Shown here piece after piece: positions 1-9,610 of a stretch of DNA of 20,344 bases. The DNA is taken from contig JBFLGF010000084.1 in assembly GCA_050230475.1 (NCBI GenBank), forward strand, positions 124,001 through 144,344, written 5' to 3'. Below the pieces are notes generated by a model, which made no database searches, had not been told where the DNA came from, and saw nothing but the letters and a program-made list of their open reading frames with translations. Every line of letters starts with the position of its first letter. Position 1 is the stretch's first letter. Made by a program: the position numbers and the translations under genes. The DNA is from Ancylonema sp. Its lineage: Eukaryota.

Positions 1-218
1 GTGTCTAGTGCGTGTTTATTGCGTATTCCTATTTATTCCCGTTCATTCGACATTACCGTTCTTACACTAGAGTCTCCGTCCCTCCTAGTTCCCCAATAGT
101 ACTTAAGTCACGATAGGAACGATCAACTCATGTAATTCTTGCTTCCTATATTTCTCGCGTTACACATCAATTCTATAATCCATCTCCTATTCCTTGCATT
201 TTGTCTATCGCCTTTACA
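1..218 (+). repeat. 3' portion of an LTR (3' or solo LTR) related to the chromovirus LTRs, inserted into copia A
   Basis: Ends ...TATCGCCTTTACA (218), resembling the gypsy LTR end GTCGCCCCTAACA. It shares GATAGGA..ATCAACTCATGTA.TTC with 1630-1673. Copia-like coding (VPPARF, cf. PPLRY at 17681) resumes at 219. The left end is outside the window. Confidence 0.6.
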
Positions 219-1143
219 TGTGCCCCCCGCTCGCTTCATCGAAATGTATCATGCAGCTGCAGCAGATGATGAGGCCAGACACAATCCGGAGACGGTGCGG
301 GAGGCACTCGACACTTCGCACATGGAGAAGTGGCAAGCGGCAATGAACAGTGAGATGGAGAGCCTAAAGGAGAATGGGGTGTATGAGATTGTTGACAGGC
401 CATCGGGGAAGAAGGTCGTCAAATCCAAGTGGGTGTTGAGGGTAAAAGCCAATGAGAAGGGGGAGGTTGAAAAATTCAAGGCTAGGGTAGTTTCCAAGGG
501 GTTCAGTCAAGTCGAGGGCGTCGATTTTGATCAGACATTCAGCCCCACTGTGAGATTCGAGGGCATCAAGCAGATGGTAGCATTGGGCACTTCAAGGGGA
601 ATGAAGATGCACCAGATGGATGTCACGACCGCGTTCCTATACGCACCCCTGGAGGAGGAAGTGTACATGGAGCAGCCTCTGAGGGAACAGTCAAGGTGGG
701 AGATGAAGGGAAGGTGATGAGGCTGTTAAAGTGCTTGTACGGACTAAAGCAGTCCCCAAGGCAGTGGAACATCCTCATCGACACCGTCCTGAAAAAGCTG
801 GGGTTCAAGAGGCTGTTGTCCGACGTCGAGATGTATGTGAGGGGTGAGGGCGTGGACGCCGTTTACATTGCCCTGTATGTCGATGATATGTTCATTGTGG
901 GGATGAAGCTGATCAACATAGAGAGTGTGAAGAAGGGGCTCTGTGCGGAGTTCAAGATGAAGGACCTAGGGGAGAGGCTCGATTCTTGCTTGGGATAGAG
1001 ATCAGGAGGCAGGAGAATGGTGACGTGCTCCTGGTACAGGAGCACTATGCTCGTGACGTCATCCTTCAACATGGAGGGCTGCAAGCTCTGCAAGCCGGTG
1101 TCGACACCCCTCGAGTTCGGATGCCGTCTTGACTCTTCCTCGG
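219..1143 (+). pseudogene. pol: copia A reverse transcriptase, N-terminal part (frameshifted)
   Basis: KWVLRVK..KFKARVVSKGFSQVEGVDFDQTFSP, QMDVTTAFLY, LKCLYGLKQSPRQWN, LYVDDM, FKMKDLG. Split over three ORFs by indels. Confidence 0.93.
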
Positions 1144-1405
1144 TGTGGTGTAAGGCAATCAATAATAGCCTTAGAACTAGGTTCGTACAAAATAGGGTAG
1201 ACTTTGTTATAATAGAACTCGTTTAGCTCGTTATAGCGTACTGATACTCAAGCATTTGTTATAGTGAATATCGGTCAAGTTTGACCGATCGGGTGCATTT
1301 TTGTTTATAAGACATTGACTTTTGAACGTGGCGTTTGAACCGACGTTTGAAAGTGACGTTTGGAAGTGTTTTTGACGAGTAGGACATTTGGACAGGGAGC
1401 CATCA

Positions 1406-1774
1406 TGTTAGGCTCCACTCTCTGTAGTCACTAGTGTTCCCACGAGTGTGCCTAACTCGCACTAGAGTGCTCTAGAGTTTCAGTAGTTCTTATATCGAGT
1501 GTGCATTTAGAGTGATGTTTTCCCTTGAGAGCTTATCTATTGTTATACCGAGTTAGCTATCGTTATATCGAGTTCACTTATCCCATATTGTGTTTCCATT
1601 GTTCACCTTCATTCTTAGTATAGATACTCGATAGGAGCAACCTTATAGTTGCTCCTATCAACTCATGTAGTTCACCTTTTTGTATACCCATCATCATTCC
1701 ATTCCATTTCCTTCTTTGTGAACATGCTTACCCTTATAGCTAGGTGCGTCTTATTTCTTTCGTCGCCCCTAACA
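1406..1774 (+). repeat. gypsy 5' LTR (369 bp)
   Basis: TGTTAGGCTCCACTC...GTCGCCCCTAACA; direct repeat of 5006-5370. Confidence 0.95.
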
Positions 1775-1779
1775 CACAT

Positions 1780-1790
1780 TTGATAGGAGC
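1780..1790 (+). promoter_or_regulatory. Putative self-priming primer-binding site
   Basis: TTGATAGGAGC lies 5 nt after the LTR and is the exact reverse complement of GCTCCTATCAA inside the LTR (1651-1661). There is no TGG-type tRNA PBS. Confidence 0.75.
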
Positions 1791-1791
1791 G

Positions 1792-4700
1792 ATGCACCCC
1801 ATCCCCCACCTCCACCCCATCCCCCTGGAGTTAATCGATGGCAGCAGTCCTTCCACTGGCCCCATCACCCACTACTTCCCTACCCGGCTCCGCTTCCATG
1901 CCACCCATAGAGAAACCCTTACCTTTCAGGTCACCAGACTGGGGCATTTCCAACTCGTCCTGGGGTTTCCTTGGGTATAGATTGGCAGCATGGCACCCTC
2001 ACCTTTGCCTCCCCACTCTGTTCCTCTACCTGCCTCTCCCCACCTCAAATACCCCCCCCCTTCCCCCCCCCATCCTCTGTCTCCTGGGGAGACACACAAG
2101 AACCACCCAGGGTTCCCAGACAACCTGCACCGGAGCAAACACAAGAACCTCCGAAGGAGCACCCCTCAAACGCTCCTTTTGTGCCACCCCTATCCCACAC
2201 CAGCAGCCACCCCTCCCCCCCTTCTTCCACCCCTCCTCCCCATCCCCTCCTCTTTCAACAAGTCCCTCCGGAGTATCATGATTACCTGGATGTCCTTCTC
2301 TGAAGCCCAGGCCAACGTGCTCCCCCACCAAAATCGACCTGCGCAACGCCTACCATCAGGTTCGAGTCAAGGAGGGAGATGAGTGGAAGACGGCATTCCG
2401 ATGCGGGGAAGGGCACTTTGAATACCAAGTGTGCCCTCAAGGACCTACCAACGCACCTGCCATGTTTCAACATTTTATGAATGACATTTTACGGGAGTAC
2501 CTAGACCTGATCGCCGTCGGGATCTTAGACGACGTCATCATCTTTTCCGAATCTCTGGCTGAACACGTCCAACACGTCCGCACTATCTTGGAGGTCTTGC
2601 GGCAACACAAGCTTTATGCCAAGGTGGAGAAATGTGAGTTCCACAAGGACCAGATGACCTTTGTGGGGTATCTGGTCTCCAAGGAAGGCATAGGGTGGAT
2701 CCTACTAAGGTGTCAGCCATCTTGGACTGGCCCATCCCTACGTCTATCAAGGAGGTACAATCCTTCCTAGGATTCGCAAACTTCTATAGAAAGTTTATCC
2801 AAAACTTTTCCTCCCTAACAACACCTCTCACCTCCCTCACGCGAAAAGCAGCAAAGTTCTGCTGGTCTTCGGCAGCGGCGGCCGCCTTCTCAGCTCTCCA
2901 GCACGCCTTCACGTCTGCTCCTATCCTGCAGCACACCAGACCTGACTTGCCCCTCACAATCGAAGCAGATGCCCTCTGACTTCGCCCTGGGCTGCATTCT
3001 GTCGCAGGCCATCCCCAACAGGCGACCTGCATCCAGTTCTGTTATTTACTCACGAAAATTCACGGCTGCAGAACTCAACTACCCTATCTTACGACAAGGA
3101 GCTGTTGGCAGTGGTGGCAGCATTCAGACAGTGGAGGGTCTATGTTGAGGGAGCAGCACATCCTATTCAGGGTTTTATACAGACCACAAGAATTTGGAAT
3201 ACTTCTCAGAAGCCAGAACAACATCCCGACAGCATGCCAGATGGGCCGCCACCCTTGCTCCCTACACTTACGTTTACCGCAAGGGTGCCAGTAATGGCAA
3301 GCCCGATGCTCTGTCTAGGCGGGCGACCCGACTACCTCTGCACATCCCCCCCCCCCCTCCCCTCCCTTCCCATCCTCCCCCACACAGATTCCCCTCCCTC
3401 CCCTTTTTCATACCCCTCCTGTCATCGGCGCAGCGGTGTTACTATCGCCGGATGATCCCCTCTTCCCAGCGGTTGTAGCAGCGCAGGCGGCAGATGAGGC
3501 CCTCTCTGCAATCATCACAATCCTCAAAGGGCCTGGCGGGGAGTCAAACCCCGCATTGCCAGTTGGCAACCCTTCCCTTCGGGCAGGTCAGGTCAGGGGG
3601 TCAGTATACGTTCCAGAACGGGCTCCTGTCCTGTACTCCCAGGGCCGCATCTGTATTCCCCCTACAGCCACACCCCTCATTCTGCAGATCTTCTTAAACT
3701 AGTATCACGACTCCCCGTTAGCTGGACACTACGGGGTGGCCAGAACACAGGCGGTTGGTGGCGCAGTTACTATATCTGGCCAGGGATGGCCACAGCTGTC
3801 GAGACTTATATGCGGAGCTGCGACTCCTGCGCCAGGAATAAAGTGGTACGGCATGCGCCCTATGGGCTCCTATCCCCTCTCCCTATCCCTCACAGGCCCT
3901 GGAGCAGTGTGTCCTTGGACTGGATCACAGACCTGCCTCCGAGCCACTACCACGACGCGATCTTAGTGGTGGTCGACCGCCTGACTAAGCAGGCGCTATT
4001 CAATTCCTACGACCAAATCAAGGGCGGCTCCCGATGTCGCAGCTCTGTTTCTACAGCACATCGTCCAGGGTTCACGGCCTTCCGGAAACGGCTGGTCAGT
4101 GATCGCGATCCGGTGTTCACATCCCATTTTTGGCGGCGGTTTGCTGGAGCTGTGTGGCATCCCGGGCCAACCGCTCTTCTGCCCTTCCACCCCCCAGACG
4201 GATGGTCAAACGGAGAGGATGAATTCTGTGCTGGAGCAGTACCTGCGCATCTACACAGATTACCAGCAGACCGACTGGGCCAGCCTCCTACCCCTGGCAG
4301 AATTCTCGTATAACAACTCGAAACATTCTGCAACTTCCCTCACCCCGTTTTTTTGCCAACTATGGCTTCCATCCCAGGATGTCCCTCTTTGCCCCCTTCC
4401 CCGGATTCCCGCACCCTTGCAGCCGACTCCTATGTCCACCAGCCGGGAGGTTCAAGTTATTTTGCAGCGGGAGCTAAAAAATCCAGGGAGGCCATGGAAC
4501 GCTCGGCCAATCAGCATCGCCGTGCGGCCCCAAATCTAGTGGTCGGCCAGAAAGTGTGGCTGCTGCGTCGCCACATCCACACGACACGTCCTTTCCAGCA
4601 AATTCGACGTTCGTCGACTTGGCCCGTATTCCATTCTGGAGAGCAGAGATCGGATCATCGGCTTTTCGTCTCGCCTTGCCCTCAGCCATTAAAATTCATC

Positions 4701-4930
4701 CCCCGTGTTTCATGTCAGCCTCCTGGAGCCCCACGTGGCAAATCTTTTCCCCGGCCCGCATCGTGGCTCCCCCTCCAGCACTCCAAGTGGACGGTGTGGA
4801 GGAGTTTGAACAATTCTATCCTTGATTCCACGATTCGGCGCAACAAGTAGTACTATGTGGACTGGGTCGGCTACGACGTTTCTGACCGTTCGTGGGAGCC
4901 GGCTGCTGTTTTGACAAATGCACAACCGAC
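1792..4930 (+). pseudogene. pol: gypsy pol remnant: protease C-half, RT, RNase H, integrase with GPY/F motif, chromodomain
   Basis: [128 protein letters not shown]. Chromodomain: ILDS..RR..YYVDWVGYD..SWEP (~4800-4925). Many frameshifts and stops. Confidence 0.92.
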
Positions 4931-4991
4931 GCAATCCAGGATTTTCACAAAAAATATCCATCTCGTCCCCGTCTACACGTGGTCTCCTCTT

Positions 4992-5001
4992 GATGGGGGG
5001 G
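4992..5001 (+). promoter_or_regulatory. gypsy polypurine tract
   Basis: GATGGGGGGG, 4 nt before the 3' LTR. Confidence 0.7.
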
Positions 5002-5005
5002 TCCC

Positions 5006-5370
5006 TGTTAGGCTCCACTCTCTTTAGTCACTAGTGTTCCCACAAGTGTGCCTAACTCGCACTAGAGTGCTCTAGAGTGCTCTAGAGTTTCAGTTGTTCT
5101 TCTAGCGAGGGTGCATTTAGAGTGATGATTTCCCTTGAGAGCTTATCTATTGTTATACCGAGTTAGCTATCGTTATATCGAGTTTAGTTATCCCATAAGT
5201 GTTCACCCTCATTCCTAGTATAGATACTCGATAGGAGCAACCTTATAGTTGCTCCTATCAACTCATGTAGTTCACCCCCTTGTATACCCATCATCATTCC
5301 ATTCCATTTCCTTCTTTGTGAACATGCTTACCCTTATAGGTGCGTCTTATTTCTTTCGTCGCCCCTAACA
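5006..5370 (+). repeat. gypsy 3' LTR (365 bp)
   Basis: Near-identical to 1406-1774 apart from a few substitutions and small indels (e.g. an extra CTAGAGTGCT unit). Confidence 0.95.
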
Positions 5371-5604
5371 CACATTTGGACAGGGAGCCATCAATAGTTG
5401 TCAACAGAGCTTTTCATTTTGATACTTATATTCGTCCGCATATGAATAAAGATAATTCATTCTGTGCACCTCGTTGTTATCGTGTATCATTATTTGCGAA
5501 TGTGTTCATGTCAGCAGTAAGGCTGAGAAGAACAGTTCGGGGTTGACCCGGATCTGGTTCAGTCAAGAATATTGCAGTCCAGATGACTGACTCCAACGGC
5601 TCGG

Positions 5605-6311
5605 TTCCGACAACTGCAGCAGGGAAGGTCGAGATGGTCGATGTTCCATACAAATCGGCTATAGGGAGTCTCATGTACTTGGCGACCTGCACCAGGCCCG
5701 ACATTTCAGCTGCAGTATCGGAACTGAGCAAGTTCATCCAGAATCCGGGTGTTCCACATTGGGAGGGGGTGAAGAGGGTGCTACGATATGTGAGTGGAAC
5801 TGTCGGGGAGGGGTTGCTGTACAAGAGGGGGGCGCAAGTCGAGGTGATGGGATACTCAGACTCGTGACATGCTGGGGAGAAGGAAACATCGAGGGGTCGT
5901 TTCGGGTATGTGTTTCTGAGTGCTGGAGTTGCCATCAGCTGGAGGAGCTCGATGATGAAGGTGGTGACTCACAGCAGCTGTGAGAGTGAGTATGTGGGTC
6001 TCACCGAGTCGAGCAACGAGGCTATTTACTTGCAACAGCTTCAAGAGGAGCTGGGGATCGGGAAGCCAAGTGTGCTATTAGTGGGAGACAATGAATCATC
6101 ATTTAAGCTCGCTGAGAACCCTGTCTTTCATCAGAAGTCAAAACACATTCTCATCAAGTACCACTCTATTAGGGAAAGGGTAGAGGAGGGAAAGACCGAG
6201 TTGTGCAAGGATGACACGGGTTTAAATGCATCCGATATGATGACAAAGAATGTGGGTGTCTGTGTTCTCAAGATGTGCAAGGGTCTGGTCGGCATGGTTT
6301 CTAGTGGCTAA
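5605..6311 (+). pseudogene. pol: copia A RT C-terminus and RNase H
   Basis: PYKSAIGSLMYLATCTRPDI, HWEGVKRVLRY, GYSDS*, ISWRS..SSCESEY, DNES..ENPVFHQKSKHI..YH, N.SDMMTK. Internal TGA at 5865-5867; stop at 6311. Confidence 0.93.
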
Positions 6312-6341
6312 ATTATGTCGATGGATGTCGATGAATGTTGC

Positions 6342-6353
6342 AGGGAGGGGGAA
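6342..6353 (+). promoter_or_regulatory. copia A polypurine tract
   Basis: AGGGAGGGGGAA immediately before TG at 6354. Confidence 0.8.
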
Positions 6354-6928
6354 TGCGCGGTATGCTGCAACATATTTGTATATGTATATGTAGTCCGGCC
6401 AAAGTTGCCGTAATAGCGCGAGGTCTAAAGACGCGATTCGGTGTTTGTGGTGCTTTGATTGTTTTCACGTCTATGACTTGAAGTGACGCTTTTTCGGATG
6501 GGTTTAGGATTGAGACGCGTGTTAATTTTGTTCGTACTCGGTTCGTTAGTTGAACACGTTAGTTTGTGATGGCATGTGCCAATTAAATGTGTTATGTTAG
6601 TGATGTCGTGGCGGACTTGGCGCGCGTGACTCAATCTTAGTTGATTGGAATTTGATGGCTTAGATTTGTTTGTTTCACTAGGATCGAGGGTCTCAGTCAA
6701 ATGTCGTTGGATTAGACTTACCGCCGAGGCAGGGTCACACTTTTGGATAAGATTCCAAGATTCAGATGTGAAACGAGTATAGGAACGATTTCTCCTCTTC
6801 ACTTTTTTCACGTACTTCTGAAAAGGAGACTTTGTCACAAATGGGTTTTCGCAAGTGTTTGTGTTAATGCGAATGAGTTGTGTTTAAGTGTTGTGCAAAT
6901 TGAGTGTTGGGACGCAATGGCGTTCACA
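6354..6928 (+). repeat. copia A 3' LTR (right boundary inferred)
   Basis: Begins TG right after the PPT and is T/G-rich. Ends ..CGTTCACA at a sharp switch to a reversed PBS. The partner LTR is not in the window. Confidence 0.6.
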
Positions 6929-6938
6929 TCTGATACCA
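6929..6938 (-). promoter_or_regulatory. Truncated tRNA-iMet PBS of a minus-strand LTR element
   Basis: TCTGATACCA is the reverse complement of TGGTATCAGA. It is followed by AT and then TG, which is an LTR-terminal CA on the minus strand. Confidence 0.7.
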
Positions 6939-6940
6939 AT

Positions 6941-7340
6941 TGAGAGCGAATCCATTGCGATGGAAAACACTTTTTCACGTAAACTGAATCTAATATAGTG
7001 CCCATACACATCTGGAATTCACAGTACACAAAGCAGCCATGAAATGCCCGAATAAAATATTAGAATTCCAAGGACCAAATCTGGTTCTTGTTTCGTGCAT
7101 GGCATATAGTCTTTTGCCTCATGATCTTGTCGGAGGACTTTCGGTCTGGATCGAACCGTTGGTCAATGATGTGTCAAGTCAATATGGGCTCCATAAATAT
7201 TCCCGTTCATGCCCACTAGTCAACGAATAAGAAAACCTCCCAAAGCTAATAAACTTGGTTAAATGACTATCACATCTAGGTGCGGTTGGCTTCCCAACCG
7301 ACTAGTCCAACACTCAGGCATGATTGTTGCCTTCCTCACA
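6941..7340 (-). repeat. Probable 5' LTR of the older minus-strand element (far end uncertain)
   Basis: Adjacent to the reversed PBS. The far boundary is guessed at CCTCACA (7340). Confidence 0.4.
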
Positions 7341-7695
7341 CTTCTGACGGACGTTTGCCTTGAGACTCCGTCATGCTCGTGGTTGAATCGCACGCGAGAC
7401 GCGAGGACGTAAAGTGCAGCACAAAGAAAAGAGTGTTACGCTCCGATAAGTTGGTACGTGGACAGTTCACGCAGACGCTTCCGCGTGGTCTTCTTACATT
7501 GGATACCAATCCCTTGACCATCCTGACAACTTTGCCACGTAGGTTCAGTGACAAGGACGTCCACGCGGCAACTCAACGCGGCAACTCAAAGGCTCCCGAT
7601 TGCTCAGCAACCGCTCGAAGTCCGAAGTATCAGGCACAGCATCTGATAGAAGGTAGGGGCGCTGATCTGTGTTGTGCACCATAGACCCACGCCTC

Positions 7696-7703
7696 TATAT
7701 TAA
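7696..7703 (+). promoter_or_regulatory. TATA-like box of the membrane-protein gene
   Basis: TATATTAA about 90 bp upstream of ATG 7788, followed by a pyrimidine-rich leader. Confidence 0.45.
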
Positions 7704-7787
7704 CATCACACTCTTCCTCTCGCGTTTCAATTTTAGTTTATTTTCTAGAGTCTCTTTGAAATTATTTGCCGGATTCTGAATGTCTCC

Positions 7788-8601
7788 ATGGCAGGGTCTC
7801 GTATGATGCGCTTGGCGGTGCTGTGTTTATCAACTTTCGTTCTGAGCGACCTCATTTTGCCTGTCCATTGCCGACTCCTAGCTTCAGTAGAAGCAGGTAC
7901 AATATGGATGATGAATGAATGTTGATAGCTTAGGCGTCTTCAAGGCTAATTTGATAGTGCAGATTGCAGACTGCAGATTGCACATCTTATATTATTCCCC
8001 AATATTATGAAAGAAAATATAGAATCCCAGCTCACGGACTCTCGATTTGACTTGACTTGACCCTTGACCATGTATTCACGACACACTTTATCTGAGGTGA
8101 CTCATTTTTTTTAAACGGTGATCTAAGTATTGAATTCCAGTATCAATCAATCGCTGTGTTGCGTTGTATATTTCACGAATTATTCATATCTGGACGCACA
8201 ATTTTAAGTGTTCCAGCCGTTGCCATGGATTATAACTCACCTGACATTTCTTTCCATGTTTTCCTACAATCATTGCAGATTCGCTTATAACTGGGAGTAC
8301 AAGGAGAATACTACAATACTATGGTGGCTACTACTGCCGCTACCGTTACAGATTTCCCGGTTGGGGCATAGCCATAGTCTGTGTTGGTGTTGCCATACTT
8401 TTGGTGTTCCTCTGTTGTTCATGCTTCATGCGCCGTCGCGCCCTTAAGCGTTATCAGGACGGAATTGGTCCTGCACCAATGTTTTACCGAGGACAGCAAT
8501 ATCCGGCCACTCAGCAGTACCCCAACCAGCAGTACCCAAACCAACAGTACCCGAATCAGCAATACCCTAATCAGCAGTATGGGGGAGCTGCACACACTTA
8601 A
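7788..8601 (+). CDS. 143-aa type I single-pass membrane protein; exons 7788-7896 and 8279-8601
   Basis: The GT..AG intron (7897-8278) joins in phase. Exon 1: MAGSRMMRLAVLCLSTFVLSDLILPVHCRLLASVEA (signal peptide). Exon 2: DSLITGSTRRILQYYGGYYCRYRYRFPGW, TM segment GIAIVCVGVAILLVFL, CCSCFMRRRALKR, then a QQYPN-repeat tail and stop. Confidence 0.85.
8047..8069 (+). promoter_or_regulatory. Cluster of four W-box (TTGACY) motifs in intron 1
   Basis: TTGACTTGACTTGACCCTTGACC. Confidence 0.45.
8494..8580 (+). repeat. Coding 15-bp repeat encoding QQYP(N), six QQY units
   Basis: CAGCAGTACCCCAAC-type units differ mainly at synonymous third positions, which supports real translation in this frame. Confidence 0.9.
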
Positions 8602-9570
8602 GTTTCATAAGATTCTATGACAGACAAGAGACGCTGATGAACACTTCCATCAAGTGTTTGAGCATAGGAGAAGTGGAGCTAGTATGTCGTATATACTGTA
8701 TCATAAGAGGGAGGTGGGCTCAATCATTGTATTCTAGGTGGGTAATATTGGTTTTCCCTGTATTTTTGGCATTGTGGAAAGTGAAATTGTTGTCCGGGGT
8801 CGTTCCATTCCAGATTTAAGATGATTCGAGATAATGTTTACGAATAATGGCAGATGGCCATGAAATTAATTTTGTTCAAAGAAATTATTTTTATGTGGAT
8901 TTGAATTTGTGACAGAAGGACAAAGAAATTTGAACCAATGGCTTACACAAGCAAACTACACCACAAACGCAATGTTATAAAATAGTCTTTAGAAAACCAG
9001 CAATGTTGTGAAAGTGCATTATTGGATAGTACACAATTGCCTAAATGTAATTATGTACATAAAGTCGAATCAGCGCTATGTTGTATACAAGTGACTATAA
9101 CTTGCCAAAATAACATGCAACATGGTTTCCGTATGTCATCATACATAAGTAGAAAATTGTATTGAATTTTGAAATTGTGATCTCAATTTTACAAAACGAG
9201 TATTATGGCAAAACTTACTAATGTTGCACGAGAAAGGTTGTGAATATTTTGATACAAATAAAGCCTTACCTTAAAAAATGAAACGCATGAACATTTTTCT
9301 CAAACATTGTATTAAAATTCCCTTCTATAATCAATTATACTTGTTAACAATCGTCATCACTAAATTACGACACAGATGACAAAAATTCCCACTAGTATTT
9401 GCGTAGAAGTATACATGTTGAACGAAGAAGAGAGAAAATAGCAACCATACAATTTATTCTTTGTGACAATGGCAAATATGCTGATCAACTTTTGCGATGT
9501 ATCAATCGCAAAAGTACAATCCGCATCAACGAATACGTTATTTGATATACGAGACTGTATTCTAAACATA

Positions 9571-9610
9571 ACATTTATGTTTGTGCTTTAACATTTATGT
9601 TTGTGCTTTA
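9571..9610. repeat. Perfect 20-bp tandem duplication
   Basis: ACATTTATGTTTGTGCTTTA x2. Confidence 0.9.

Larger units (their letters stand above)
1406..5370 (+). mobile_element. Ty3/gypsy chromovirus (Tcn1/Tf1-like), internally deleted and non-autonomous
   Basis: Paired LTRs with TGTTAGG..CCTAACA terminal inverted repeats. Domain order is PR-RT-RH-INT-chromodomain. gag is absent. Confidence 0.93.
1144..5599 (+). mobile_element. Solo LTR of a copia-B-related family (segments 1144-1405 and 5394-5599), split by the gypsy insertion
   Basis: Starts TGTGGTGTAAGGCAATCAATAATAGCC (cf. 14284 TGTAGAGTAAGGCAATCAATAATAGCC). 5394-5590 closely matches the 3' half of the copia B LTRs. Flanked by a 5-bp TSD CTCGG (1139-1143, 5600-5604). 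No internal copia sequence. The terminal CA is degenerate (..CCAACGG). Confidence 0.88.
219..6928 (+). mobile_element. Ty1/copia LTR retrotransposon A, 3' half (RT-RNase H-PPT-3' LTR), interrupted by nested insertions
   Basis: Copia RT motifs before 1143 continue in frame after 5604 (..LDSSS|VPTTAAGKVEMVDVPY) once the insertion and one TSD copy are removed. RNase H, a PPT and a TG..CA LTR follow. Confidence 0.9.

Noticed and set aside
6425..6838. 137-aa minus-strand ORF
   Set aside because: It lies within the inferred copia A LTR and has no recognisable domain.
8494..8580. Short regular repeats as a CRISPR-like array
   Set aside because: There are no spacers; it is a coding repeat in a eukaryotic gene.
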